Assembly: GCF_006345805.1 (NCBI RefSeq)
Contig: NC_043006.1
Coordinates: 56,296,001-56,360,000, forward strand
Length of the DNA stretch: 64,000 bases
DNA from: Octopus sinensis
Taxonomy: Eukaryota
Reading direction: 5' to 3'
Numbering within the stretch: the stretch's first letter is position 1; every line of letters starts with the position of its first letter. Positions 37,700-51,608 of the stretch are shown here, piece after piece. The notes under the pieces were generated by a model, which did no database searches, was not told where the DNA came from, and saw nothing but the letters and a program-made list of their open reading frames with translations. Position numbers and translations under genes: made by a program.

Positions 37700-39360
37700 T
37701 ATATTATTGGAAGTCCACCTGAAGATTGTCGATCAAGACAAGAACGATGAGTGGCGGTTTTGACTATTATTAAAATTTTAGTATTAATTAAGTCTTTCCT
37801 GTTTGTTTTATAGTGTTTTGTTCGAATAATATTTTATATATATAATATATCTATGAAAAAACAAGTCAAGATAGAAAATGCTAAAATAATTTTATAAAGA
37901 ACATTTCAGTACCGGTTCGGTCATTTTGAGACGTTTTCACTGTAACGATTAAATAATTAAATTTAGAAAAATTAAAAGAAAAGTTTTTTTAAAGGAATAT
38001 TTGTATAGTGTTCAAATATAAGTGGCATTCTGCCTTTCTCTGTCTCCCTTGTTTGCACTTGTGTGTTCAAGGTCTTGTGAATTCTTGGTAGGGTAGAAGA
38101 AGAAGAAGGTTGATGAGGAGAAGGGGTGGAAAATTAGTGCGTTTGGAGGGGCCTTGTTTGTTGTATTTGAATGGTCAGTGACGGCTAGCAGTGCAGTTCA
38201 ATCAGGAGATATTTCTATTGAAAGGTTTGTTTATGGAATTTGCGTAGGTGTTATACTAAAAGGCATTAGTGATAAAGTTAAGAGGTAGAAGGTGGAGCAG
38301 AAGAAAAAGAAGAAGAAGAAGAAGAAGAAGAGGAGGAAGAACAAGAAGAAGATGATGATGTTAATGATGATGAAGAAGAAGAAGAAGGAGAAGGAGAAGT
38401 AGAAGATGATGATGATGGTGATGATGATGACGACGATGATGATGATAATGGTGATGATGAAGGAGAAGAGGAAGGAGAAGAAAAAAGAGAAGGGAGAATA
38501 TGAATGAGTGGAAGTAGTGAGGTGTTGTATGACTTGAAGTTGGCATGTTATGGATTATAGCTGTGATTGGGGCTGATTTGTAATGGATTCTTTGGAATGT
38601 AATATTTGCGTGTATTTCTGTTATCTAAAGCTGAGGTGTATTAATCGTTTGTCGTAGACCGTTAAGAAGTGGCCTGTATTTTGTAATAAAGAGAGTTTCT
38701 TTACTTATTCGTTGTCTCGAAGTTGTATCGTCCCTAAATTGGTAGAGGGGGAAAATCCTGAAGCCTGGTGTTTTGTTGTTGGCGCAAGTATCTATGTGTT
38801 GGCTGAAAGCTATTTTTCTGTTTTGGGGAATTTTTATCTGGGATCTGTGCAGGGCCATTCTTTTACGCAAACTATTTTTTGTTTGGCCTATGTACTGCTC
38901 TTGACACCCAGAGCAGGTTACTGTGTATATCAGGTTCTCCGAAAAACATGTGAAGTTGCTTTTCACTGTAAACCGTTGTCCCTGTTTGAAGGAGAACTCT
39001 GATCCCTCAATTAGATAATCGCATATCCCGCAATTGGGTCTTCCACATTTTTTTACTGTCGGCTTCTGTGTTGAAGAGTGTATTCGGGCTTGTGTTAGGA
39101 GACTTTTCATAGATTTAGGCTGTCTCTTGCCTTTTATGATCGTGTGTGTTTGGAGGATTGTGTTCATTCTGTGGTCTTTTTTTAGGAGGGGATGTTGTGG
39201 AGGATGGTGCCGAAGGCTTCATTGTTGAGAGGGTTGTGTGTGGAGATGTATGGTAGGCTTTGGTCGTAAGTTTTTCTTTGATTGGGATGTCTCAATTCCT
39301 GGATGTTAAGTTGAATGCACATGTCAATAAGTGAAGGTGGGTAGTTCCTGGTGATAAGGG
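37700..39360 (-). mobile_element. Penelope-like element 3' part (GIY-YIG ORF 39167-38625 plus terminal repeat with hammerhead relics)
   Basis: CGRPNCGIC, NLIYTVTCSGC, YIGQT; same family as 733-1188. Hammerhead-like motifs at 37715-37754 (+) and about 37905-37945 (-). Confidence 0.85.
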
Positions 39361-39378
39361 TATCTTTTAGTTCTTTAG

Positions 39379-39486
<108 letters not shown>

Positions 39487-41077
39487 CAGTTAAATAAAGT
39501 TAAAACACGTTTTTTATTATAGTACTCTAACATTAAAAAATATTCGTAATGCTCATACAAATCTTAAATTACAGTTGAGTTCTTGACAACTTTAGTCTCT
39601 CTTAGAACACTCTAGCAAGCTGAATTTTTAGAATACCTTTTTTACCAATCTGCATGCATCTTAAGCATCACGGTTCGCCAGGCGTATCGATATTCAAAAA
39701 CTTGTTTATATTTATATGCTAAAGAATTTTTAATCCACATCATTGACTGCTTGTTATATTATTGCTGTTATTTCCGTTCAGAAATACATACATTCATACA
39801 GACATACAGACATACATACATATTTTGTGAATTGGGGAAGCATTAAAGAGTCATATAAAATAAATACCTGCATAATATGTTCAGTAAGGCTCACTAGCTG
39901 GTTAGCCCCCGAAACAAGTTAGAAAGATAAATAAAGAGAGAAAATAAACAATAGCAGGAGCACCTGTTACAATAGAGGATCGGCGACAAGTTGGGCTATT
40001 AGTTGCGAATCTGAATGTAAAGTTACGAATCTGAAGCAGTTAAAAGAATGGGCTCCTCTCCAACAAAAAAGTAAATTAAAGTAGAAAGCAACTCAGATAT
40101 GCAACTAGGAGCCCCTCGCTCGTGGAACCGTATGAACTTCGTCATCCTTCAAATAGCCAGCCTGAAATTTATGGGCAATCGGAAAGAGCAGCAGGAAATT
40201 GTAGGGAAATGTTAACTAAAAACTGAGGAGCATCGAGGCTATGATACAGATAATGCAGAACAGGCAGGCAACAGAAGGAACAGTTTAAAAGTATATAAAG
40301 GTCCCAGGAGATGGCTAAGGGCCTCTTCCAGACTGAGCATAATGCATGTGTCTATGTATGTATGTATGTATGTATATATTCCCTTTCTTTTTTATAGGAA
40401 TACATACATGAACACGCACACGCGCGCGCATGCGTATATTTGTATTTATGATATGTCTTTTTGAATCTATATATTACTCTGCACGGTTGGAATACTAAGA
40501 CTAGAGTATGGTTATTAAACAATGGGAAATTGGGTTTGATCATGCAGTTCACTCAAACCCACTCACCTGACGAAGTGCGAGTACCAGTTACTGTTGAATC
40601 ATATCTAACAATATAATAATCCTATAATAATACGATATTAAAAACTCAGCAACTGACAGCTGTTACCAATGCAAAGAAACAATTCATTTGATTTGTGATT
40701 AAAGCCAGTTCATTCCATTTTCTTCTATAAATCATATGTGTGTGTATGTGTGTGTGTTTATATATTGATAGAGGCATAAAAGTGTTATATAGAATGTTGT
40801 TGGGTGTCTGATCAGAGTCGCATGGTACTCGGATCAAATACAGGTGTCATTTCCTCATGCGTATATAAGATTACTGCTTATTTGATTAATATCAATCGGC
40901 TGTATGTGCAGCTGTTTCACCATTCAGTTTTCACATGCTCTACGTTCTGCTTGATCAGGGGTGGAAGGCTTGAGGGATCGTCTGTATATGCTTGTAACTA
41001 CGTCTTCTAAAGCAGTTAGCGAAAGTGTGGTAGAAGCTATCAGTTCATACTCGCTCACGTCTGACACCTAAGCTTAT

Positions 41078-41109
<32 letters not shown>

Positions 41110-41113
<4 letters not shown>

Positions 41114-42400
41114 TTTCAATGGAAAGGTAACCTTCGAGAAATTGACAACCAAAATACAGATTATTTTTCTCAATATATGTTTCGAAATTATCATCAACGT
41201 ATATCACCTAATTTATTGGATAAAGCAATTGCATTTGCTCAAATGTTTAAGGTTATCTCCACATCGGAGAAGGACAAAATAATAATTGCTAGGTAAATGT
41301 TAATATATTTTAAGGATAAGAACTGGAGTCGAAATGACCTTCACGATAACTTTGATGTAACAACGGGGTCATCAGACTCAGCACAAGTTACAAACTTGGT
41401 CTACTTAATTCTTTCGAAAATAGAGGAAAAGTTCCTTAATATTAAAGGAGGGTTGTATAGGAATGATGCATTATTTGCATTAACTGGATCCTCTTTGCAA
41501 ACTGTGGATAGGACTAGAAAAGCTTTGATTAAAATATTTTAAGGAATTTAATTTAGATATAACATTCGAAAATATTACAAAGGTAGTAAACTTTCTTGAT
41601 GGTACCTTAAATCTCGATTGTGGTTTTCACCCCTTTTAATAAACCGAATAAAACAATGCAGTATATTAGTTTTATGTCAAATCACACCCGAACTGTTATA
41701 AATGGGTAAATTAAAGATATATCTATAAGAGTATCTAATCTTTCAGCTAATGAAAGAATTTTCAATAATTACGCATCATATATAACACAACACTCAACAA
41801 TAGTAGTTTCAATGAGAACATCTTTATATACAAAAGAGAAGTTCTGTGTCTGTCTCCTACGATTTAGATTCCTAACTACTCCCACATTTTGCGGTGCAGT
41901 TTAACCAAAAGCGGGTATCTTATAGTCGTGATTCATATCGAGCCCTTCTGGGTGTTAGCGCGTCTACGATGAGTCTACGATTTAAAAAAAATTTACCATC
42001 ATGTTTTTCGCTATTATATAAGGGAAGTAACTCTCTAAAAATGTCTACGATGAGTCAACGATTTTTAAAAAATTTACCATCATTTTTTTTCCATTTTAAT
42101 GCATTTTTTTGCTATTTTTTGGCTATAACTCTCTAAAAATGCTAATATAGTTATTTCCCTTACAAACCCGAGCAACGCCGGGCGATACTGCTAGTTTATA
42201 ATATAAGAAATACAATATTTAAAATTAAACTAGGTAAACACTTTCCAGACTTAACTGAATTGAATATTGACATTCTGTCAGTAAGTGAGCCTGTTGAACA
42301 ACGGATTTTCAGGCTACGAGACATAACTCGCATACTTAATAGAGATGGAACTGTAGCTACAGGCACCTAAATAAAGGCTGGGTTGTGAGTGATTTCGTCT
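41110..42400 (+). mobile_element. Penelope-like element RT and GIY-YIG remnants, interrupted by a Helitron
   Basis: NFDVTTGSSDSAQV, GLYRNDAL (YxDD relic), VVNFLD.TLNL, SNH; IKLGKHFPDL at 42225-42370. Confidence 0.8.
41963..42194 (+). mobile_element. Short non-autonomous Helitron with internal tandem subrepeats
   Basis: TC start, two tctacgatgagt.. units, CCCGAGCAACGCCGGG hairpin at 42167-42182, CTAG at 42191-42194 followed by T. Confidence 0.8.
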
Positions 42401-42584
42401 ACCTTACGGAAATTTACAACTATTAATCATTTAGCTAATGCCGCTCTTCCGACGTCATCTAACTACTTTTATATAGCACTGTGACGATCCATATATTAAA
42501 TATGTTAACACGTTAGCATTAACTGGGAACTAAGTTTCCTTTCAATAGGCACAACAGCTCTGAGTTATTTACAGAAGGGCAAAT

Positions 42585-42965
42585 GGCCTACGGCCATGCT
42601 GGGGCACTGCCTTCAAGAATTTTTAGTCAAATGAATCGACTCCAGTACATTTTTGTGTTAAGTCTAGTACTTATTCTATCGGTTTCTTTGCCGAACCGCT
42701 AAGCTACGGGGATGAAAACACACCAGCACCGGTTGTCACGCGGTACTGGGGAACAAAAGGACACACACACACACAAAAACACGACATATATACATATATA
42801 CATACGACGGGCTTCTTTCAATTTCCTCTACCATATCCATTTACAAAGTTTTGGTAGGCCCGAGGCTATAGTAGAAGACACTTGTCCAAAGTGCCATACA
42901 GTGGGACCGAACCCAGACTCGTGTGGTTGTGAAGAAAGCTTCTTACCACATAGTTATCCCTGCGC
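42585..42965 (-). mobile_element. SINE family 1 (diverged)
   Basis: Aligns with family 1. Confidence 0.85.
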
Positions 42966-43260
42966 ATAGCTTTATATTTAAACAGCGTAGAAGTTATAGT
43001 TTTTTTTCAACTCCAATGTCCTATTATAGTACCAGTATGTATTATCAATTTTACACGTTTTGAGAATAAAATGATTTTACGTATTTCAGTTTTTCTATAA
43101 ATCTCTTTATATCTCTTTATATATCTCTTTCCCCGCTCACACTTATTTGACTTCACTACACCGGGAAAATTTGAATTGTTTCTTTTAGCAGTTTAGTAAA
43201 ATAGGGTAACATAAACAGACAAATAGGCACGAGTACGCAAACACGCTCGCATAATGCATA

Positions 43261-43343
<83 letters not shown>

Positions 43344-43370
43344 GGCTCTTGGCTTGTTAATTCAAGAGTA

Positions 43371-43620
43371 TCATTGATTGATCACGCTTCTCAGATACGG
43401 AAATTTAGCAACGGCCTTGAGCCTGTGATTGTCGACATAAATTGATGGTTCAACATAGGGTGATCCGGGAACCGAATGAAACATTACCGCCATCTTGCCG
43501 AGGCCAATGGTTAACTGCAACGCCTTGCAAGACTGGGAAAATCTATTCAAAAAGCTTTGCACAGATGAGAGTGAATATGCAATAAATCCACTGTCGCATG
43601 TGCTAGATTGCAGCAAAGAG
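43371..43620 (-). mobile_element. RTE LINE RT fragment
   Basis: FSQSCKALQLTIGLGK..IYVDNHRLKAVAKFPYLRSVI. Confidence 0.7.
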
Positions 43621-43738
43621 TCGTATTTTGCTTAAAAATTGCCTCCATTATTCATTCAATCTAATTAGTTTTGGGCGACGAATAGACAATTATTTATGAG
43701 CTCGAAACATAAGAGGAAATAAAAGATCTAGATTCATA

Positions 43739-43850
43739 TTGAATATAGCATTCTGGAATGTGCCCCTTTTGGTCCATAATCCAAATAAATCTTGTCCAGA
43801 ACGCAGAAATGCATTAGTTTCTAGGCAACTACAAAATTATGCGATTGACA
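43739..43850 (+). mobile_element. RTE LINE endonuclease N-terminal fragment
   Basis: NIAFWNV..PERRNALVSRQLQNYAID. Confidence 0.7.
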
Positions 43851-43880
43851 CACTTACATACATGCTTGTACACACACGCG

Positions 43881-43941
<61 letters not shown>

Positions 43942-44117
43942 CACACACAAGGATATACACGCAAAAAAATCACATACGTACACACTTTACGGAAGCTACT
44001 TTCATTTCCCAGATGAAAGCACGTAGGCTGAAAGAAACTTGAATTTATTTTTAGAATTTAGTTTATACAATCTTTTTATATGCCCACCAGAAGAGATATC
44101 ATTCAACGCTATTACTG

Positions 44118-44118
<1 letters not shown>

Positions 44119-44206
<88 letters not shown>

Positions 44207-44214
44207 GTTGTTGA

Positions 44215-44269
<55 letters not shown>
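44119..44269. repeat. (TAA)n(TGA)n(TTA)n compound microsatellite
   Basis: Direct reading. Confidence 0.95.
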
Positions 44270-45091
<822 letters not shown>

Positions 45092-45175
45092 ACAAGGCCA
45101 GGAATTTTGGGGGAAGGATTTAGCCGATTACATCGACCACAGTGCTCAACCTCTACCTATTTTATCGACCACTGT
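45092..45175 (-). mobile_element. SINE family 4 tail fragment
   Basis: acaaggccag.aatttt..gattacatcgacc. Confidence 0.65.
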
Positions 45176-45260
45176 GCAATTTTTTTCCGGTGATGTTTCT
45201 GCAGGTGGATCTACGCTAAAGCAATTGTAGTAGTATAAATAATATGTATTGTTCGTTCAA

Positions 45261-45313
<53 letters not shown>

Positions 45314-45466
45314 TAAGATATTAAAATTATTACCTATGAGATTTTTATTCCCATGCTAGCCACCTGATATGATCGGTATTTTAAATAACGATCTTATCCT
45401 CATTTATATATGGATAGATAGATAGATAGATAGAGAGATAGATTAGATATACATGCATACATACAT

Positions 45467-45522
<56 letters not shown>

Positions 45523-45760
45523 ATATATATATATCAAGTTTGTATGCGTATAAACTAATGCATATTATGCATACGTACATACTTACACATATACATACAT
45601 AGATACACACTTACACACACACACTTGTGCGTGTGTGTGTGTGTGTGTGTTGGCCGATCTAGTTTTTTTCGTTACTCTAGTTTTTCCAAATTTGTAGCCG
45701 GTTCACTGGACCGAATGGAATATATGAGAAAAACAGGTTACATCTTTTAGCGCTACTAAT

Positions 45761-45826
45761 ATTGGCTCTGTGAATAAACGGAAGTTGCATGGGGGCGTGT
45801 GATTGGGTAGCCATCTAATGACGTCA
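45761..45826. promoter_or_regulatory. Cluster of promoter/enhancer motifs (CCAAT x2, ETS, GC box, CRE)
   Basis: ATTGG 45761, CGGAAGT 45779, GGGGGCGTG 45791, GATTGG 45801, TGACGTCA 45819. Confidence 0.4.
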
Positions 45827-46094
45827 TAGGATATACATAAACTTCACACATGAGTCAAGAGAGAAAGTGAAAAGGTACATGGGATAGTCAAAAGGAAGGT
45901 AGATTTGGGTGGGTGGTAATTGGTATCATGTTGTGAATTGAATACTTTGAAATTAGAAAAACCACTAATCAATAGTGTAGTATTAATGGTAAAAGGGAAA
46001 TTGAGGTAGAAGACGAAGCGAAGAATTTTGACATGTTTGTTACTAATGCTATTACAACAACCATAAGACGCATGTTACTAATATTACTAATATG

Positions 46095-46322
46095 GGGACG
46101 GCGATGACCTGGCAGAACCGTTAGCACGCTGGGAAAAATGCTTAGCAGCATTTCGTACTTCCCTACGGTCTGAGTTCAAATTCGACCGACGCTGACTTTG
46201 CCTTAACTCTTCTCGGGGTCGATGAAATAAACACAAGTTGATCATTGAGATCGATATAATTGACTTGCTCCCTCCCCGAAATTGCTGCTTTTGTGTCAAG
46301 ATTTGAAATTTGAATCCAATAT
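46095..46322 (+). mobile_element. SINE family 4
   Basis: ctggcagaaccgttagcacgc..ctgagttcaaatt..gactttgcc..ggggtcgat. Confidence 0.8.
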
Positions 46323-46550
46323 TACTGATATGGTGAAATAAAATGGAATGCAAAGGCAGCGATTAATCATGGAGAGCTGTACCAAATACAATTCCAAAAA
46401 CCAAAATATCACACATACACTTCATTTGTACTCCACGTCTTTCGAGTTAAGTCTTCACAAAGATGTATCACGACACAAAATCTATTTTTACTACCCGAGA
46501 TACTGAATTTAATGTCAAACGTTCGTTTACCAGAATGTAAAGGGTTAAAG

Positions 46551-46890
46551 GGTAAAGACCTCCTTCGCTCATGAATGACCATGGCAGTGCACCTAGAAAG
46601 TTCCCCCACCGAAGAACAAATGCGAGCAAGGTTGTTTTGTGGAAGACTGGCAGTCGCCCATTCATACCAGCCTCCCCTCTCCATGCCACCGATGTTATCC
46701 AAGAGAAAGGCAAAGGCCGATACAGCTTGGACCAGTGACATCACTATTCATTACTACAGCTGAGTGAACTGAAGCAACGTGAAATAAGGTGTCTTGCTCA
46801 AGAAATCAACTCACAGCCCTGTCCGGGAATCGAACTCATTACCTCATGATTGTGAGCCTGACACTCTAACCACTGATCCATGTGCCTTCA
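46551..46890 (-). mobile_element. tRNA-derived SINE family 2
   Basis: Head with tggatcagtggttagag and gagttcgattcccgg; central cttgagcaagacac block. Confidence 0.85.
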
Positions 46891-47117
46891 TCCTGAGCCA
46901 TGTACCAGAATGTATGACATCGGTCTAAGTTATAAACTATCTTAGCACCATTTAGTATAAATATAATTCCTCGGATATTGCATATATGTAGCAGATCCTC
47001 AATACGAATTCAATGCTGCAGAGAGGATACGAAGTTCATGCTGCATAAATACAGGCACTAAATACAAAATACGATGTACAGACATTCAGTGATGAAGGCT
47101 TGTATAGAATCACTCAC

Positions 47118-47183
47118 AAGTTTTGGAAACTGATGGCAGAAAGTAAGTTGAGATGTTTCCCACAAATTCAATGAAGAACTTGT
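47118..47183 (-). CDS. Candidate 66-nt internal exon of the minus-strand gene
   Basis: ttatcattcAG|ACA...CTT|GTGAGT; open in phase 0 (TSSSLNLWETSQLTFCHQFPKL) and phase 1 (KFFIEFVGNISTYFLPSVSKT); lies in non-repetitive sequence. Confidence 0.45.
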
Positions 47184-47272
47184 CTGAATGATAAATATAA
47201 TAATAACAATAATTCTAGGATGGAATTTATAAATATTTAATACATCACTACGCACGTTTCACATTATTTTAA

Positions 47273-47512
47273 CATCAGAGTCAGTATCCTTGGGATTAGT
47301 ACAGTATAGTCCGTATTATTCGTGCGTATTAGTTGATGATCATCATTGATTCATTTCATCAGGTGATACAGCATTATTAGATGAATCACATTGGATGAAT
47401 CATCCAACAATGCAGTATTGCTTGATGAAATAAATCAATGATGATGATCAACCGGATGCCCACGGATAATACGGACTATACTGTGCTAATTCCAAGGATA
47501 CCGACTCTGATG
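47273..47512. repeat. 240-nt inverted repeat (103/104-nt arms, about 86% identical)
   Basis: Arms 47273-47375 and 47409-47512. Confidence 0.95.
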
Positions 47513-47629
47513 GCAAAATCATGTGATTTGTGAAAACGTGCTTGCTTAGCGATACAATAATTAGTTATAAATTCCATCCTATAATTATTGTCATTATTGT
47601 GTATGTATATATGTGTGTGTGTGTGATGG

Positions 47630-47661
<32 letters not shown>

Positions 47662-49199
47662 ATTTATATATGCATACATATATATATATATATACATATA
47701 TACATGCATACATATGTGTCTGTGTGTATTTAAATCTTTTTAATGTTTTCGGCAATTGGTTGTGACAATATATGCCCATTATAATCACATATAATCATAC
47801 TGCCTCGGACAAGAATAACCGACATATTGGCAAAGAAACAGATAAAGGGATATATAGAGATGTAGAGAGTAGATACAAACATATTATAAGACTTAATATT
47901 ACAATTGTCATATGTATAATATTCTTTTAAAATGTAAATAGATTGGATAAGCTCATTTTATATTTGTCTTTTACCTTCAAAACATCACCAGAAATCTGTA
48001 ATATGATTTAGTGCTATCTTTAGAATGTTTTGTGCTAGGACTAAAGTTATCGGATATATGCTAAATTTTAGTATGTGCCATATTCATCGTTCATTATTTA
48101 ATCACGCATAATTCTATTAACTTCGTTTGGTCGCGTACGCGTGTCTCCATGTGTGTATAGTTTGATGAAAACTTTGCTGGGTTCTTATGTTTTGATGATG
48201 GAAGGATGATGGTGGGATCCTAGCGTTTGTAATCATGGTGGGGCCTGTGAGTAAGCCATCATGTACCTTTTCTCATGTGGGCACGGAAGAAAAATCTCGT
48301 TTCTGCAGTTTAGGTAGATATCGAGGAGAAGAGAAATTTTTACTATAATTCTTTTGGGGGATAAGCCTACTTTACACTTTCTGCTACAATTAAAATAAGA
48401 TTTGCACTTCTTCAAAATGTTTGACTTGATATTACAATCCTAGTTGATTTTTTACACAAACACACACACACACACACACATACACTTACACACACACGCA
48501 CGCACATACACGCACACATACGCAGGAATACACACAAACACAGACACCCACACACACACATATATAGCCATAATTATGATTGTTGAATCTGGTCCCAAAA
48601 GGACCGTCTGTCGCGCCCACATACTTTCTCATGTTTGACGGCCATTTTGTGGTCCTTTGACGTTGCCTCTGTATTGCAGTGACCGTTAAGAGAAAGTTGG
48701 TTTTCCCCTTCCTGAGCTTGCTGTCTCTGTCTCAGGTGTAGACCTACTAATAACTCATTTATTCTTGGTGCACAGCTAAAAGACACTCTTAAACTTTATC
48801 TAAAGAAACCTATGTGTACGAGGAATGTATTTATCCACTGAACTAAGGAAGTGCGTACCCACAGTTTTTACGCTTAGGGAGCAACGGCGTAGAGACAACA
48901 ACACCTTGCTGTGGTGTTTCATAATCAAGGAATTAGGGGCGGGCGTTTAAGTAATATTATTATATACATATTTGCATAAGCATTGACTCCAATTATTTAT
49001 TATGATGGAACATGCAATCAAGGGGCTGCACGTTCGATCTCATTGTACAATAGTATGGACAAGTCTCTCGTGGTATAGATAGGAAGTGACCAACATATGG
49101 CCATAGCAGAAGACTGAATCTTGTTTGAGTGAAACGCAGCAGAATTCTATCAACATGTGCATATGTATATATGTGTCTGTAAACACACTCATACACAAA

Positions 49200-49243
<44 letters not shown>

Positions 49244-49278
49244 ACACACACACGTATATATAACTATATATACATGTA

Positions 49279-49473
49279 TTTGTTTTGCAAGATTTTTTAT
49301 GTGAAATCGTGTGTTGAAACATATATTGTTGTATTTCGGAATGGTCATTTTGCCAGTTTAGCAAAATAAGATTAAGATTAATGTAAAATTAAATAACACT
49401 GAAGCAAAGTGACACCAAATATATAATGCGTGTGTTTTTATTGGCTAAACTGGCAAAATGACCATTCCGAAAT

Positions 49474-49484
<11 letters not shown>
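49279..49484. repeat. Internally deleted relative of the 19952-20413 fold-back element
   Basis: Same left flank and right end; 41-bp inverted arms at 49322-49362 and 49444-49484. Confidence 0.9.
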
Positions 49485-49529
<45 letters not shown>

Positions 49530-49734
49530 GTATATATATGTATATATATGTATATATATATATATTATATATTATATATATATATATGCGTGAATAAATA
49601 TTTCTGTATATGTGCTCGTGTCCATATCCTTTAAATGCCGGGTTTGTGTGCATAGAATCCTCGGCTGCAGTGGTTCATCTGTCTTAGATATCACTACGAT
49701 TTCATACACACACACACACACAAACACACGTAAT

Positions 49735-49952
49735 AATAATAGCTTCAAATTTTGGCACAAGGCCAGCAATTTCAAGTAGGGGCTCAGTGGATTACATCAA
49801 CCACGGTGGTCAGCTGTAGTTTATTTTCTTGACCTCGAAAGGCTGAAAAGCAAAGTCGACAAGGGCAAAATTTGAACTCAGAACGAAGCGACAGGCGAAA
49901 TACCGCGAAGCATTTCATCCAGCGTGCTAACGATTCTGCCAGCTTACCACTT
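49735..49952 (-). mobile_element. SINE family 4
   Basis: Reverse complement of the 46095-46322 type. Confidence 0.85.
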
Positions 49953-50329
49953 TAAATGTGTGGAATATATTAATAATATACAATAAAATAAAATGTCGTG
50001 ACGGCCTTCATTGTTTCTATAAAGAGAAGTATATCATGAGAGAATACCTAAACAAATGAATCTAGAGTAACAGATTTCTTATTCATATTACTATTGTTAC
50101 ACGTGTCTAAGTTATAGCATTAAGCATGAGTTTATAATAATTTGTTTTATTACCAATTAAAGAGATTATGAAAGCTAGCCCAAGATTTTAGTCAACGTGT
50201 AACATGATATAATGTGTGTGTGTGTATGTATACATATGTATGTGTACATACATATATGTATGTATATATATATATGGTATGTATGTATATATCTGTATAT
50301 GTCTGTATATATGTGTGTATGTGTAGGTA

Positions 50330-51050
50330 TATATATGTTTATCCCATAAGTAATGTTCGGACTTCTATATTTGAAATTTTCGAACACTTTAACAGTAATT
50401 TAGAATATCTTATGGCATCAAGTTATATGTATTTGGACATATTTAAACTAATTAAATTTCACTAATTATATCTCTTCAAACATGGTAGTGTCTAAGGCGC
50501 ATTTAAGGTACATAATGCATTTTGTGTTTAAAAATGAGAACTTTGCAGCTGAAGCGACTCGAAATATTCACTCAGCTTATGGGGAAGAGTATCTGAATGA
50601 AAGAACAAGCTGAAAAGGATTGGCAAAATTCAGAAGTATAGATTTCAGCCTTGAAGATGAGGCTCGAACAGGACGTCCAATTGAGTTTGGCAGAACATGA
50701 ACAAGATCATGCAGTTTGATTTTAAGAATTGGCAGGCAAGCTTCGTTTAACCCATACAACTGTTCACTCCCACCTTCAACTGCTTGGAAAGGTCCACAAA
50801 CTCGGATAATGGGTGCCCATGATTTGTCTGAAGCCAATCGCAAATCTCGAATGGACATTTGCTCTTCTCTTCGTTCTCATGAACTCATGTCAACCTTTTT
50901 GGACAGACTGATGACCGGTCATGAAAACTGGGTCTTATATCAAAATGTTAAGTGTCGTAGACATTGGCTTGATGAATGGGAACAGGACCAAACGCAGCCG
51001 AAAAGGAAACTCCATACGAAGAATGTTCTTCTCTCTGTCTGGTGGAACAC
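50330..51050 (+). mobile_element. Mariner transposase relic
   Basis: MVVSKAHLRYIMHF..EATRNIHSAYG..DEARTGRP; LDRLMTGHENWVLYQN (TGDEKW relic); KNVLLSVWW. Confidence 0.88.
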
Positions 51051-51187
51051 GTGGGCGCACACACATACATGCTTATACTCACTCACACTCATACAAACAC
51101 ATATATATCTTTGCACGCTACCTTTATACATATGTATATATACATATATCTATGTACATATATATTTATTTATTTATATATGTATAT

Positions 51188-51575
51188 ACTCTTTTACTTG
51201 TTTCAGTCATTTGACTGCGGCCATGCTGGAGCACCGCCTTTAATCGAACAACTCGACCCCGGGACTTATTCTTTGTAAGCCCAGTACTTATTCTATCGGT
51301 CTCCTTTGCCGAACCGCTAAGTTACGGGGACGCAAACACACCAGCAATGCTAGGGGGACAAACACAGACACACTAACATACACACACATACATATGTATA
51401 TATACATATATACGACAGGCTTCTTTCAGTTTCCGTCTACCAAATCCACTCACAAGGCATTGGTTGGCCCGAGGCTATAGTAGAAGACACTTGCCCAAGG
51501 TGCCACGCAGTTGGACTGAACCCGGAACCATGTGGTTGGTAAGCAAGCTACTTACCACACAGCTACTCCTGCGCC

Positions 51576-51576
<1 letters not shown>
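51188..51576 (-). mobile_element. SINE family 1
   Basis: Aligns with family 1. Confidence 0.92.

Positions 51577-51608
<32 letters not shown>

Noticed and set aside
39975-40345. Possible solo LTR (TGTTACA start, TATATAAAGG)
   Set aside because: No CA end, polyA signal or target-site duplication could be found.
40567-40604. 38-nt minus-strand exon-like segment (YDSTVTGTRTSS) with GTGAGT donor
   Set aside because: It overlaps a CACCTGACGA motif in PLE terminal-repeat-like sequence next to a PLE RT, and its phase does not fit the other exons. Not fully excluded.
49600-49680. Minus-strand peptide with an NPAF motif (MHTNPAFKGYG)
   Set aside because: In-frame stops upstream and no donor before the microsatellite.
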